From: Octopus vulgaris
Lineage: Eukaryota
Direction of reading: 5' to 3'
Assembly (NCBI GenBank): GCA_951406725.2
Contig: OX597814.1
Coordinates: 191,828,001-191,892,000 of the forward strand
Length of the DNA stretch: 64,000 nt
Positions 12,624 to 24,991 of this stretch are shown piece after piece; the first letter of the stretch is position 1, and each line of letters starts with the position of its first letter. The translations under genes and the position numbers were made by a program. The notes beneath the pieces were generated by a model. It was not told the origin of the DNA and did no database searches. It saw only the letters and a program-made list of their open reading frames with translations.

Positions 12624-13238
12624 GTAAGTGCATCAGCTGCTAAATATAGAAAGAACTCCGTATGGTGAAGCAAGGTCAGTCACCATCATTGTTGCTATAA
12701 CCACCACCACTGCCGTCACCATCAGCATCATAACCATCACCATCATTCACAATATTATAAAGATATACATTTAACACTAAATTCTCTTTAGAATTTATTT
12801 CCAAAGCTAAGTATTTTCATGGCACTAAAAGTATGTCTGTTAGGATTGCCTGCTGTAAAATGCTGTGAAAAATTTAAATTGTGGAGAGAATAAAAAAAAA
12901 ACGTGCATTTTGATTTTTGATGGGTTATTGCCAGTCAACTATTTTCTCTGCTTTGATGTGAGCACATTGTTTCTCTTGACAGACTAGATTAATCAATGGA
13001 ACAGACTGAACATTGTAACAACTGGGAATTGGGGAAAACGAAGTTGTTGGGATAGGAGATTGGGTGGGAAAGGAAGCCACCTTTTATCTTTCATCTCAAG
13101 TTACAAAATTGATATCCAGAGTTAATACTTTGGTAAAAAAAAAAAAAAAAAAAATACTATATTTGCATGTTATAATTGATTGTTGTTTTTGGTTGAAAAT
13201 ATAATTGAAATTTTTTTTTTTTTTTTTTTTTTCTGTAG

Positions 13239-13345
13239 GGATTAGCAAAGCAGACAGATCTAAGCATTCGTCAGGTGGAAAGATGGTTCAGAGGTCGACG
13301 GAAACTAGAAAAACCGAGTGTACTGAAGAAATTTGTGGAATCTGG
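13239..13345 (+). CDS. CERS: Ceramide synthase exon (homeobox-like domain helix 3)
   Basis: Poly-T TTCTGTAG acceptor, GG|GTAAG donor. [36 protein letters not shown], matching CerS [33 protein letters not shown]. Confidence 0.95.
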
Positions 13346-14263
13346 GTAAGATTAGCTTTAAAGCTAAACTAAGGACAGAGATTAATGCTGTTTAAATTAT
13401 AGGAACTTTTCTCAACAACCAATGGTTTGATTCTTGTTTTGTATGGTTTTTATTTTTCTCTCTTCTAAGAGCATTAGGTGCACAGATTTCTCTGTGATTG
13501 CAGTGGCAGCAGCAGAAAGAGATTATATTTTAGCCTATGTGTATCACAGTATCATAATAACTGAGTAGGTGGCAGCTTATCAGTTTAATATATAGTATGT
13601 AGTAGCAGAAAAAAAAAAGAAAAAGTTGTTTGGGGAAGGTACTTAAGTATGTTTACTTTAGTCTATCTTCTTAAAATTGCTGCTACTGGATACGACGAGT
13701 TCATTTATTATTTGAGTTCTTATTTTTAGACGGAAGGTATTTCATTCACTGAAGCAGGACGTGATTTAACTATAAACATTCCAGTGTGCTGATGAACTGG
13801 CAAAAACCATTCATGTCAGATAAATTGCTTTGCAGTGTTTAATCCCAACCTTTCACATTCCAAATTCAAATCCTATTGGTCATCTTTGCCTTTCTACCTT
13901 CTGAGGAAAATAAAATAAATTACCAGAGTTCATTTGTATTCCTATAATGTATCTTCGATGTGATTGGAATTAGAATATTATTGACAAGTTAGGCATAGGC
14001 ATGTGGTTGAGTTTATTTCCCAACTGCATCGTTTTGGGTTCAGTCCCACTGCTTGGCACCTTAGGTCTTTTTACAATGACCCTGGGCTGACTATAAAATT
14101 TTGTGAGTGGATTTGGGAAAGAAAAACTAAAAGAAGCTTGCTGTGTGTGTGTGGCCTGGCTCTCCATCGGTAACAATAACTAGCATTCTAGTTGATCCAA
14201 TGAGTAGAACTGCCTACTCATGAAATTAATGATTTATAAAGTCTATAATTCTAAGGTGGGTGA

Positions 14264-14580
14264 AGGCACATAGCTCAGTGGTTAGGGTATTCAGCTCATG
14301 GTCATAAATTTGATTCCTGGCAGCACATTCTGTCCTTGAGCAAGACACTTTATTTCTTGTTGCTCCAGTCCATTTAGCTGGCAAAAGTGAGTTGTACCAG
14401 TAATTCAAAAGACCAGCTTTGTCACATTCTGTGTCATGTTGAATCTCCCTGAGAACTACATTAAGGGTATGCATGCCTGTGGAGTACTCAGTCACTTGCA
14501 CTTTAATTTCATGAGCAGACTGTTCTGTTGATCATATCAACTGAAACCTGTGACACTGTAACTGACGGAGTGCCAGTTGT
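14264..14580 (+). mobile_element. tRNA-derived SINE family E
   Basis: GGCACATAGCTCAGTGGTTAG head and GTCCTTGAGCAAGACACTTT body. Second copy at 39139-39420. Confidence 0.75.
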
Positions 14581-15044
14581 AAGGTAAGTGCAATGAGTTA
14601 CAATTTCCTCAATCCCATTCAACATGCAGAGCAAGAGCCAGCAAAGAAGTGATGAAGACAGTATGAGAAGAGGGCATGTTGGTTGACCAGGAAAAGAGGA
14701 GAGAAGGTGGCTGCACATGACTGTTTAAATATTATATCTAAATATTTATGTATGCGATACCCTTAGATGTATATGGCACTCATGGATGCTTACATGGAGG
14801 TGTATGGTACACAGAAGAAAGTAAGCAAAATATGTACCTTTACCCTTACCCACAGTACAGAAGGGGTATATGGGTTGCTTGGTGAAACTGTTCATGTACC
14901 ATTTAAATTAAAATGGTGAGAGGAAGGGGGGTGAGTGTAACGAGTGTGCAAACACAATGTGTTCATAACCTGTGCAAAGAAATACCAATCTTCATAGTTA
15001 AACAGGCTTACAAGAAGTCGTAATATTTAATTATTATTATTATT

Positions 15045-15272
15045 AAGGCGGTGAGCTGGCAGAATCATTAGCACACTGGATGAAATGCTTAGTGGTATTT
15101 TACCTGTTGCTAAGTTCCGAGTTCAAATTCTGCCGAGGTTGACTTTACCTTTCATCCTTTTGGGGTCGATAAAATAAGTACCAGTTGATGACTGGGGTTT
15201 GATGTAATCGATTAGTCCCCTGCCCCTGCCCAAAAAAAATTTCAGGTCTTGTGCCTTTAATAGAAAGGATCA
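15045..15272 (+). mobile_element. SINE family A copy
   Basis: Family A head and core, flanked by (ATT)n. Confidence 0.85.
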
Positions 15273-15683
15273 TTATTAATAATAATAATGCCATATTAAT
15301 ACACATGTACATTTTAATCAATATCTTTATCATATAAACATTATGCAATGAGAAAGATTGGCTGAAATACATGTGACCTTGGCAAACGGGATATTATGAG
15401 AAAAAGGAAATTTATAAACATTGACTAAGTCACGTTTGAATAAAATATGAACTTAAGAACTTAGCTGTTGATTCAAAAGCTGGGGGGGGGGTGGGGGAGT
15501 TTTTAGTGCATTAACGCAAAGAAATATTTAAAGCAACTTTGCATGTAGGACCTGTGGGTAGGGAATTTATTGAGATTTTTTTCTTTGAAAAAAAAAATTG
15601 ATCTTATATGCCATCAAATATTGTATTGAATTAATTCTACTTAGAAACGTTTTGGAATATTTTCTTACCATTTTCTTTCTTAG

Positions 15684-15741
15684 ATGGCGTTGTACATTTT
15701 ATTCTGCAATATTCGTTTATGGAATGGTGATGCTTTTGGAT
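15684..15741 (+). CDS. CERS: Ceramide synthase exon (start of TLC domain)
   Basis: TTTCTTAG acceptor, GAT|GTAAGT donor, 58 nt. WRCTFYSAIFVYGMVMLLD; phase matches the previous exon. Confidence 0.95.
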
Positions 15742-16329
15742 GTAAGTAACTGTAATCATTTTAATTTAAAAAAAATTTAATTCAAAGTTAAGTTTCTAGA
15801 ATTCTAACACCCCTGATATCCATGTTAGTTTTGTATTTGTTTTTATTTTTTCTTAATATAACAATTTAAGTATTGTTTACCATTTCTTTTTGGCATGTCC
15901 CTGCCGTTAAGAACTTCACTCTGTGACCATGTGGTTTCATTTTCTAACTACATGACAATGTCTGGTACTATAGCCTTGGGCTGACCACTGCCACATTAAT
16001 GAAAGTTGGTTGACAGAAACCCATTGTATGTATGTGTTTGTCTCCATGTGTCTTTGCACTTACACTGCTTGGGCAGTAGTAACATTTGTTTATATCCTAC
16101 ATGAACAGTATGTCTGGCAGCTTGCTGGTTTCACAATGTATTAGGACCAGTGGAATGAAGTACCTTAGTTGTATACAAGTAAATGTTATCAGAAAGAGCA
16201 TACTGCCTCAGTAAGTTCAGTCCAACCCATGCCAGAAATGGGCATAAATAGTACAATGATGAATGATTTGGAATACATTGTACAAGAGAATAGATTTTAG
16301 TTTAATGATATTCTAGTATTGTGTCAGAA

Positions 16330-16770
16330 GTGGGCATGATCTTTTTATTAATCATTTAAATTGCCCTGTCCTCCTAATTGCTTTTTGAGTGTCTCAACAG
16401 CTTATTACTGTTCACAGTACTTCCATGTTCCAGAAAATCAAGGTGAATGATGCCTTCATCTTTACAAAAATCAGCCACTATCACTTTTCTGTGTTAATTG
16501 TTGACTCTTGAACTTCTTAATCCCTGGAGAAAAGGTGTGATAACATTCCATGGACTGAGCCTTTGTTTCCAGATTATAAAGATATGCTCACATTTCATAA
16601 CCTGTTGCCAGTTTGGCAAAATAAAGGTGTCTTGATTGGCTTCAGACACTTCCAGTAGATCAGAACAAACTTCCATACTTCTCTCTTTCAAATGAGTGTC
16701 AACTGCTGAGGTACTCACTTTGCTCACACTTTTCAGTACTCTACTTTCCACCATCTTTTAGTAATGTATT
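16330..16770 (-). mobile_element. Highly decayed mariner transposase fragment
   Basis: Minus strand KVIVADFCKDEGIIHLDFLEHGSTVNS resembles the mariner KVM.TVFWD..GII..DFL..G.TVNS segment. Confidence 0.6.
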
Positions 16771-16834
16771 GTGTTGTAAACTCACAAATTGCGACACATT
16801 CATCTGTGTAAATCAATTTGCCCACTTGTTGCCT

Positions 16835-17168
16835 TACTGGCACTTGTGCTGGTGGCACGTGAAAAAACATTTGAGCGAGGTTGTTGCCAGTGCCACTGGA
16901 CTGGCCCCTGTGCAAGTGGCACATAAAAAAACACCATTTGAGCGTGGCTGTTGCCAGTACCACCTGACTGGCCCTCGTGTCAGTGGCATGTAAAAGCACC
17001 CACTACACTCTCGGAGTGGTTAGTATTAAGAAGGGCATCCAGCTGTAGAAACTCTGCCTGATCAGATTGGAGCCTGGTGCAGCCATCTGGTTTGCCAGAC
17101 CTCAGTCAAATCGTCCAACCCATGCTAGCATGGAAAGAAGACGTTAAATGATGATGATGATGATGGTG
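16835..17168 (+). mobile_element. SINE family C with three tandem ~60-bp 5' units
   Basis: GTGCYRGTGGCACRTAAAAA units at ~16846, 16910 and 16977, then AAGGGCATCCAGCTGTAGAAAC...GACGTTAAATGATGATG. Confidence 0.85.
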
Positions 17169-17624
17169 ATTCATATTAGTGGTTGCAGTTGATGGTCTCC
17201 TACCACATGATTTTTATCTTTATGGCTAGTTTCCATTTTTTTTTAAAATTTCATCCATTTGTGAAGATTGCTTTTGTCAGTGGTGTCATCTCCATAAAGA
17301 ACCTATGGCCTTCTGTGGATGTCAGACAGCCTGAACTCCTCCTTTTCCAAGAACTCAATAACAGCCTGTTGTTTCATGTGGAACCCATTATTTTCCTGCA
17401 ATGAAAACAAGGAAGGAGAGTTACTATAGAGGACATGTACAGTTTGAATGACCCACATCAGTTAATAGAAATAGTTTTGCAGTACTTTCAGTATAACTCT
17501 TCTCTTTTTAAATGCCTATAAGAGTGGTTATTTGACTTCCCTTTCTTTCTACTAGCATAATTTTTGAAAATTTATTTTTAATTGTATTGATGATGCTTCT
17601 GATGTGTTTGTATTTCCTTTGTAG

Positions 17625-17675
17625 AAAGTCTGGCTGTGGAAACCTGTTAATTGTTGGATAGGCTATCCACATCAT
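17625..17675 (+). CDS. CERS: Ceramide synthase exon
   Basis: CCTTTGTAG acceptor, CAT|GTAAG donor, 51 nt. KVWLWKPVNCWIGYPHH (CerS W.W....CW..YP motif). Confidence 0.95.
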
Positions 17676-17844
17676 GTAAGATTACAATTTTTATACAGTT
17701 TAAAGCTTTTATGAAATGTTTTTGTGTTTTTTTTCCTCCTCAAAATATTTCAGTGTGTTGTTTTGTTTCACTAAAATTTAAATATGTAAGATTACACTTC
17801 AAAAAAGAACTTGCATTAAATTGATAAATTAAGAAAAGTCCTAT

Positions 17845-18250
17845 GTGCAGATGTGGTTGTGTGGTAAGAATTTGCTTCCCAACCACATGATTTCAAGTGC
17901 AGTTCCACTGCATTGTACTTTGGATAACTGTTTTCTATTAAAACCCTGGACCGATCAAAGCTTTATAAGTGGACTTGGTAGGAAAAAACTAAAAGAACCT
18001 TATGTGTGTGTGTTACTGTCTCCTTATCTTGGCATCATGTGATGGTTGTGAGTGTCATCATCATGCAAATGGTGTCATCCATTTCCAATCTTCCGTGAAA
18101 ACATGTCTGGCCTTGGGGAAATATTACCTTACCCAAGTAAGGTGAGTATTGGTAACAGGGAAGGCCTCCAGCCATAGAAAATCTACCTTAATAAATTCTG
18201 TCTGACTTATACAAGCATGGAAAAGTGGATAAGACTATGATGATGATGAA
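17845..18250 (+). mobile_element. Family B head joined to an alternative (GAT)n-ending tail
   Basis: B head followed by TTCCAATCTTCCGTGAAAACATGTCTGG...CAAGCATGGAAAAGTGGA. Same architecture at 39500-39830, 40560-40940 and 52500-52740. Confidence 0.75.
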
Positions 18251-18485
18251 TTTAGTCCTTTTTCAAGTTATGAAGACATTCTTGAAAGCAAAAATATACA
18301 TTGACTGCGATAGCGGTTTCAAGCTTTCATGGTTGCTTTCTAAAAATATAAAACTAAATTTGAAACAGTTTCAGCCAAAATTGTCTGTAGAAGCGAAGAT
18401 GAACAAAAAAAGTATTTTTAGTTTATTCCTAATATTGTTACTTTCACAAAATTCTTTAGAAATGAAAGGAATAAATTAATTTCAA

Positions 18486-18718
18486 CCTTTAACTGCACAA
18501 TTAAATTTCATGGTTATTCCAGGAATGGTGTTAAATATCTACCAAAAAATAGAATTGGTATTTTCTGCGAGTCACATTGATTCAATAGACTTGACAGAAA
18601 ATAGTTTCAAACACGACATACCTCAACAAAAGATACATTAGCATATATAAAACTGTTTTCCCGCAGTTAAAGGTAATAAAATTTTGAGTGGATATATCGG
18701 AATTCTGCAGTAAAAGGG
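18486..18718. mobile_element. Probable piggyBac-like MITE remnant
   Basis: TCAA|CCTTTAACTGCA ... TGCAGTAAAAGGG|TTGA termini, with an internal extra GCAGTTAAAGG end. Confidence 0.45.
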
Positions 18719-19313
18719 TTGATAAAAGACAGTGAAAAATAAAGTATTAAAAAAAATATTAAATAAATCAAAAGAATTATTTCATGATTGTAACCATAAT
18801 AATATTTTAAAAAATATTATTCTGGCTTTATTCGGTATATGAATATTTTTATAGAAGTTAACGTGAATAAAAACTAATTTTTTTCAGTTGGTTGTCAGAA
18901 ATAATTTAAACTAAATGGAAAAGGAAAAAAAAAACTCACTAAATAATTTTTTTTTACAAATAAGTTGAGCAATAATGGAAACTGGGATTATTATTTATTT
19001 TTATTTTCATCTATTCTTTTTTATCGTTATATATTTTTAGTATGTTTTTATTTTTTATTTCTCTATATTTTTGTGTTTTTATTTTTATTTCCTTTTTTTA
19101 TATTTTGTCAGTAATTAAGTTATGATACAGCTTCTTTATGTTTTGAATATTTTAATTTCTTTCTTTGAACAAAAAGAAATTTAGACATTTCTGGTGACTA
19201 AAAAACTTTTGGCAATAAACTAGAATAGAAACCTGTTACTTCAAAACTAGTTAAAATATAGTTTTCACATAAAACTAGTTAAAATATCGTTTTCACATTA
19301 ATGATAACTTTTA

Positions 19314-19363
<50 letters not shown>

Positions 19364-19366
<3 letters not shown>

Positions 19367-19476
19367 GTTAGTTATGGCCAGTTGATAGGGTTACCCATGA
19401 TTCCACATCCATAAAGTGCTTAGCTTTATGGTCATGATACCTTGGGTAACCCTGTGAACCGGCCATAACTAGCATT
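19364..19476. repeat. 113-bp imperfect palindrome (hairpin) next to a (TA)n tract
   Basis: 34-bp arms AATGTTAGTTATGGCCAGTTGATAGGGTTACCCA / TGGGTAACCCTGTGAACCGGCCATAACTAGCATT with 4 differences, plus an inner CCATAAAG/CTTTATGG stem. Confidence 0.85.
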
Positions 19477-19566
19477 CTCTAAATACTCTGCTGCTCTATA
19501 ACTTAGTGTGTGTGCTTTTCTTTTGGATTTATGATTTACTGACTATATATATATATGTGTGTGTGT

Positions 19567-19801
19567 ATGGAGGCACAATGGCCTAGTGGTTAGGGTGGTG
19601 ATAGGATCGCGGTTTCGATTCCCAGACTGGGCGTTGTGAGTGTTTATTGAGCGAAAACACCTAAAGTTCCACAAGGCTTCTGTTGGCCTGCTCGCTTAGC
19701 CAGCGGGGTGGCGTCATTTGAAGGCTAAAACAGTGCGAAGCACATTGTGGCCAGCGATGTGTAGCAACATCTGATAACCTGGTCGGTCATGGTGATCACG
19801 G

Positions 19802-19803
<2 letters not shown>
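19567..19803 (+). mobile_element. tRNA-derived SINE family D, tail type 1
   Basis: GGAGGCACAATGGCCTAGTGGTTAGGG...GGTTTCGATTCCCAGA...TTTATTGAGCGAAAACACCTAAAG; embedded in (TA)n. Confidence 0.8.
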
Positions 19804-19853
<50 letters not shown>

Positions 19854-20677
19854 ATAATAGTTTATAGTCTAAATGTCATTTTGTGTAACAGCTGTTCTGA
19901 ATGAAATGGATGTTTATCCCTATAAAATATAAAACCTAATAAATTTAGTTCTCTTGACCCTATCTAATGTAAGTTGTAGTCAGCTGGTTTCAGATTTCTT
20001 CCATGCTGAAGGTTTTTATTACTGGTTAAAAAGTTATATTCTATGTATTGTTAAGCCAAGAGTGGACTCGATCATAGCTTTACATATTGCTATTCTCTAG
20101 CAGTGTTGTCAAGTTGCTACCTTTAGTGTGAAGTAGTTAGTAGGGACCAGGTTCCTATGAATTGAAACAGCTATGTCTTTGGGAGCTAAATAAGAGTAAA
20201 CAAAGGATTGCTTATCTGACTTGCAGGAAATTCGTCCAGAAATTTCTCTGATGCAGGATCACTTAGTGAGGAATTTAAGGTTTAGGTAAGTGTTCACAAG
20301 GCTTTGTCTTGAGTTCATAAATGTTCATCCTAACGCTTGGGAATCCATTGAATTGAAAATCAAGGGAGAATGGCTTGGTGGGAATGTTTTATAAGCAAAT
20401 ATCAAGGACAAATTGCGAGAGAAATTTGATATAAGAGATGGTGGTCACATCCTGTGCTCAAACATTACAGTTGTTTGTTGTAGATGTGATCTTTTATCGA
20501 TCAATGTTGGTTTCAATATGACACAGAACCAAATCAGCAATTAGTGTAAAATATCTTGATGCATGATATTTCAGTTTATCTGTGCTTAGATAATGGACTT
20601 CTAGTTATTTATAATATGACTATTAACACTGTTGCCCGAAGAATCTGGAATGCTTAACTAAATAATTTCTCTACAAG

Positions 20678-20881
20678 TGTAGCTGTGTGGTAAAAAGTTA
20701 GCTTCACAACTGCATGGTTCCGGGTTCAGTCCCATTGTGTGGTGGCACCTTAGGCAACTGTCTTCTACTATAACCTTGGTCTGACTAAAGCTTTGTGAGT
20801 GAATTTGGTAGACAGAAACTGAAAGAAACCCATCATGTGTGTGTTTTTATTTGATAAAAGGTGGGGTTTTTTCTAATGTTA

Positions 20882-20919
<38 letters not shown>

Positions 20920-21025
20920 TTATGTGAAATTTCATTTAGTATTTCTAAATTGAATTTTTTTCCCTGTAAGTTTGGATTAATATTCCCTCAAATAATTATT
21001 ATATATTTATGTGTGTGTGTTTGTT

Positions 21026-21061
<36 letters not shown>

Positions 21062-21275
21062 GATTTGTGTCTGTGTCCCCCACCGTCTCTTGACAACCAG
21101 TGTTGGTCTATTTACATACTTGTAACTTAGTGGCTTGACAAAACAGACCAATAAAACAAGTACCAGGCTTTTAAACAAAGTACTGGGGTTGATTCTTTTG
21201 ACTAAAATTCTTCAAACTGTTGCTCCAGCACGGCCACAGTCTGATGACTGAAACAGGGTAAAAGATAAAAGATAA
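20678..21275 (+). mobile_element. SINE family B with an expanded, interrupted internal microsatellite
   Basis: Head at 20678-20835 and tail at 21060-21275 match family B. Confidence 0.75.
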
Positions 21276-21724
21276 ACAGGAAAATAAGAACCACTTCAGT
21301 AGTAATAGTAAAATAGCTATCTTTTAAGGGTTGTTTGAAGGTGGAGTTTGCATTTAGAAATTGTTGCTTATCAGTGATAACTTGCAATGGTGTTAGCTTG
21401 TTCTTAGGAGATAAGGTGTTGTTAGGGCAGAGCTGGTTAATAGAAATCTTGAAATGCCAGTATGTGAGGAACTGATACTATATGCAATAGAAAAAAATAG
21501 CTAATTAAAAAAAAGTGCTAGATGTGATTTGTTTTAATTTCAATATTTTTTTTTGTTTCCTTTTTTTGGTATTTTGGTTGATTGAACAATTTTTATTTTC
21601 TTCTTTTGTACTTATGCTTTATTTTAAAGCTATTATGTATAATCTTCTCTAAGCTTTTATTCCCCCCTCACTATGCTAGTGTTGCATATTTCTAGACATA
21701 ACGATGAAGTTTATATATGTAGAT

Positions 21725-22350
21725 GTAGGCATGGCTGTGTGGTTATGAAGCTCACTTTGCAATCATGTGATTTAGAGTTCAGTCCCACTGCACAGCACCT
21801 TGTGAAAGTGCCTTCTACTACAACCCCAGGCTGACCAGTGCCTTGTAAGTGAATTTAGTCTGGTCGATGGAAATTGTGTGAAAGCCTACCATAATTCTAA
21901 GTGTGGCTGTTACCAGTGTCATGTAAATGGCACCTGTGCCAGTGGCATGTAAAAAGCACCCATTACACACTTGGAGTGGTTGGCATTGGGAAGGGCATCC
22001 AGTTGTAGAAACGATGCCAGATCAGATTGGAACCTGATGCAGCCCTCCAGCTTACTAGTTCCAGTCAAACTATCTAACCCATGCCAGCATGGAAAGCGGA
22101 CGTTAAATGATGATGATGATGTATGTATGTATTTATATATAGAATGCGTGTGTTTGTCTCTCACCACCACTTGGTAACTGGTGTTGGTTTGTTTACATCC
22201 GTGTAACCTATCAGTTCAGCAAAAGACTACAACAGAATAAGTACCAGTCTTAAAAGTAAGTACTTGGGTTCATTTTTTTGAGTAAACACTTTTAGGGAGT
22301 GAAGGGATCAGCAAAGTTACAATCCAATGATTGAAACAAGTAAAAATAAA
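21725..22350 (+). mobile_element. Family B head + family C body + family B tail (composite or nested SINE)
   Basis: B head 21725-21890, C body 21920-22120 ending in (GAT)n, B-type tail 22150-22350. Confidence 0.7.
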
Positions 22351-22609
22351 GATACGTAGCAACTGAGAAACTTCTTGTTGTCCAACTCTAGATCAACCTT
22401 AATTGCACTGACTCGTGGTCAGATATTCCAGCCATGACTATTATGGTTTTCTTCCTAGACTACATTCAACGTGTCTTTCCTATTTTAAAAGGAGCACAAT
22501 TTGAGGGACATTTATTTGATATTTTTAGCTAGTTGAGTATGCTCATTGATTTACACTCTTTAGTTCAGCAGGATATCCAATTATGTATATAAAGAGATGA
22601 ATAATGTTG

Positions 22610-22830
22610 TTTGCTAGAGTTTCTGGAGAGATGGACATGTGGTTGACCTGCGTATCTGGAGAGATGGACATGTGGTTCACCTGAGTATCTGGAGAGACTG
22701 TGCTTTTGCTAGAGTGGATTGAGAAACATAGTGTAGTTGAGTGGAGTATCTGGAAAGATAAACTGTGTGGTGTATTAAAATATCTGGAGAGATGAATAAG
22801 GTGGTACAGCAGACTGTGGAGAGATGATTG
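22610..22830 (+). repeat. Degenerate ~33-bp minisatellite; related units resume at 23810-23950
   Basis: TCTGGAGAGATGGACATGTGGTT(G/C)ACCTG(C/A)GTA occurs twice near-perfectly, then GAGTATCTGGAGA-cored degenerate units follow. Confidence 0.75.
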
Positions 22831-23462
22831 AAGTAGTTCATCAGACTAGCCAGCTCACTTGCTAGTCTGTGCTGGGGAAGCATTTATGGAATTGATTTGC
22901 TTCTGGCTAATCTGAAAATGGTAAATGAAGAGACCCAGATAACATTTACAACATATAGATCTATGCATGTGACTCTCTGAGTATCATCAGAGGGAAATAT
23001 TGCCTTTTAGTAAATGAATTAACAGTCCAGTGCTGCAGCCTGTATTGTAAAGTGACTGTTTCATACATTTGACACAGTCCAGTGAATATAAGTAAATAAA
23101 TGAATAATAAATAAATAACATGATGGATGATGTAATAAAAGCAGTGCAAGCCAGAACAGACAATAAAAGAAATAATACATTATATATTTGCTTAATCCCT
23201 TGTTGAGCAGACTGGCGCAGTTGAAGTGTAATGAGCTCATAACTCGGGGGTTCTGTAGATCGAAACCACACTCTGCAAAGAAATGGAGGCTATTTTCAAT
23301 ATTTATTCATTGCATCTGAGTTGTCTACAAATATACCAACCATATATATGTATATACACCTACAGGTGTAGGTATAAATTATATTATGCTACAAAAATCT
23401 ATATAAAGCCAAGGGGTCATTGACTGACCTGGGTACACCAAAACTCAATTAATGGGGTATAT

Positions 23463-23766
23463 TTATTTATGCGCCCTTTTCAAGCCTAGCCAGGCTCATG
23501 GGCCCAGTTTCCTGGTTTCTATGGCGTTTGTGTTCCCCCCCAGCTGGATGGGTCGCCAGTCCATCACAGCGTTACTCAAGAAGAAAGAGTGAGAGAAAGT
23601 TGGGGCGAAAGAGTACAACAGGGGTCGCTCCCCACCTCCTGCCGGAGCCTCGTGGAGCTTTAGGTGTTTTCACTCAATAAACACACAATGCCCAGTCTGG
23701 GAATCGAAATCGCGATCCTCTGACTGCGAGTCAGCTGCCCTAACCACTGGGCCATTGAGCCTCCAC
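23463..23766 (-). mobile_element. SINE family D, tail type 2, with a 12-bp TSD
   Basis: Family D head at 23660-23766. TSD AATGGGGTATAT at 23451-23462 and 23767-23778. Confidence 0.85.
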
Positions 23767-24293
23767 AATGGGGTATATAGCTTAGTATATAGAATCATCT
23801 TGGAAGATGAACACTGCAGTTTGCCTGAGTATCTGGAGACAAACCTCGTGATTTGCCAGAGTATCTGAAGAGACAAATGATGTGGCTTCAGTGTGGTTTG
23901 CCTGAGTATGTGAAGAGATGACTAGAACAGTTTGCTAGAGTATCTCAACAGACAATCCCAACTATTTTGCTCCCAGTTATTCCTGACTATATATATAGTA
24001 GTTCTAGGTGTTACTTTTGTCACATATCATTGTATGCTCATCACTTAGCTTCCATCTCATTTTGTTGCATTATTTCTTCACATTGTATCTGTAATAACTT
24101 ACTTGCTGGCCTGGGTTCATAGAACTGTTTGCTGCATTAAAATGGCAACATTAACTAACAGAAGTGTTAGTTGCCTACTAGACACCAGATGTAAAGATAT
24201 TTTGGCCATTTATTCTGATTCTATCCTCGTAGACTTCAGAAAAAAATTTTCATATTTGTATCTTGAATAGCTTTTCACTCTTTGAGATAGATA

Positions 24294-24328
24294 AATATAT
24301 AATATATATATATATATATATAATACAC

Positions 24329-24383
<55 letters not shown>

Positions 24384-24558
24384 TACACATATATATACAT
24401 ACATACACATATATATATACATACACATATATATACATATACATATATACACATATATACATACACATATATATACATATACATACATACACATATATAT
24501 ATATACATACATACACATATATATATACATACATACACATATATATATATACATACAT

Positions 24559-24591
<33 letters not shown>

Positions 24592-24634
24592 CATACATAC
24601 TTACACACACACACATATATATACATACACACAC

Positions 24635-24665
<31 letters not shown>

Positions 24666-24684
24666 TATATACATACACACACAC

Positions 24685-24727
<43 letters not shown>

Positions 24728-24760
24728 CATACACACATACATACACACACACACATACAC

Positions 24761-24803
<43 letters not shown>

Positions 24804-24911
24804 CACACATACATACACATATACATACTTACACACACACATATATATATATATACATACACACACACACACATATATATATATATACATACATACACAC
24901 ACACACATATA

Positions 24912-24991
<80 letters not shown>
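24294..24991. repeat. ~700-bp compound (TA)n/(CA)n/(TACA)n microsatellite ending in (GA)n
   Basis: Seen directly. It is the source of the low-complexity ORFs at 24210-25048. Confidence 0.97.

Noticed and set aside
22610-22830. Repeat-spacer-like array resembling CRISPR
   Set aside because: Eukaryotic intron, degenerate tandem units without unique spacers, no cas genes.
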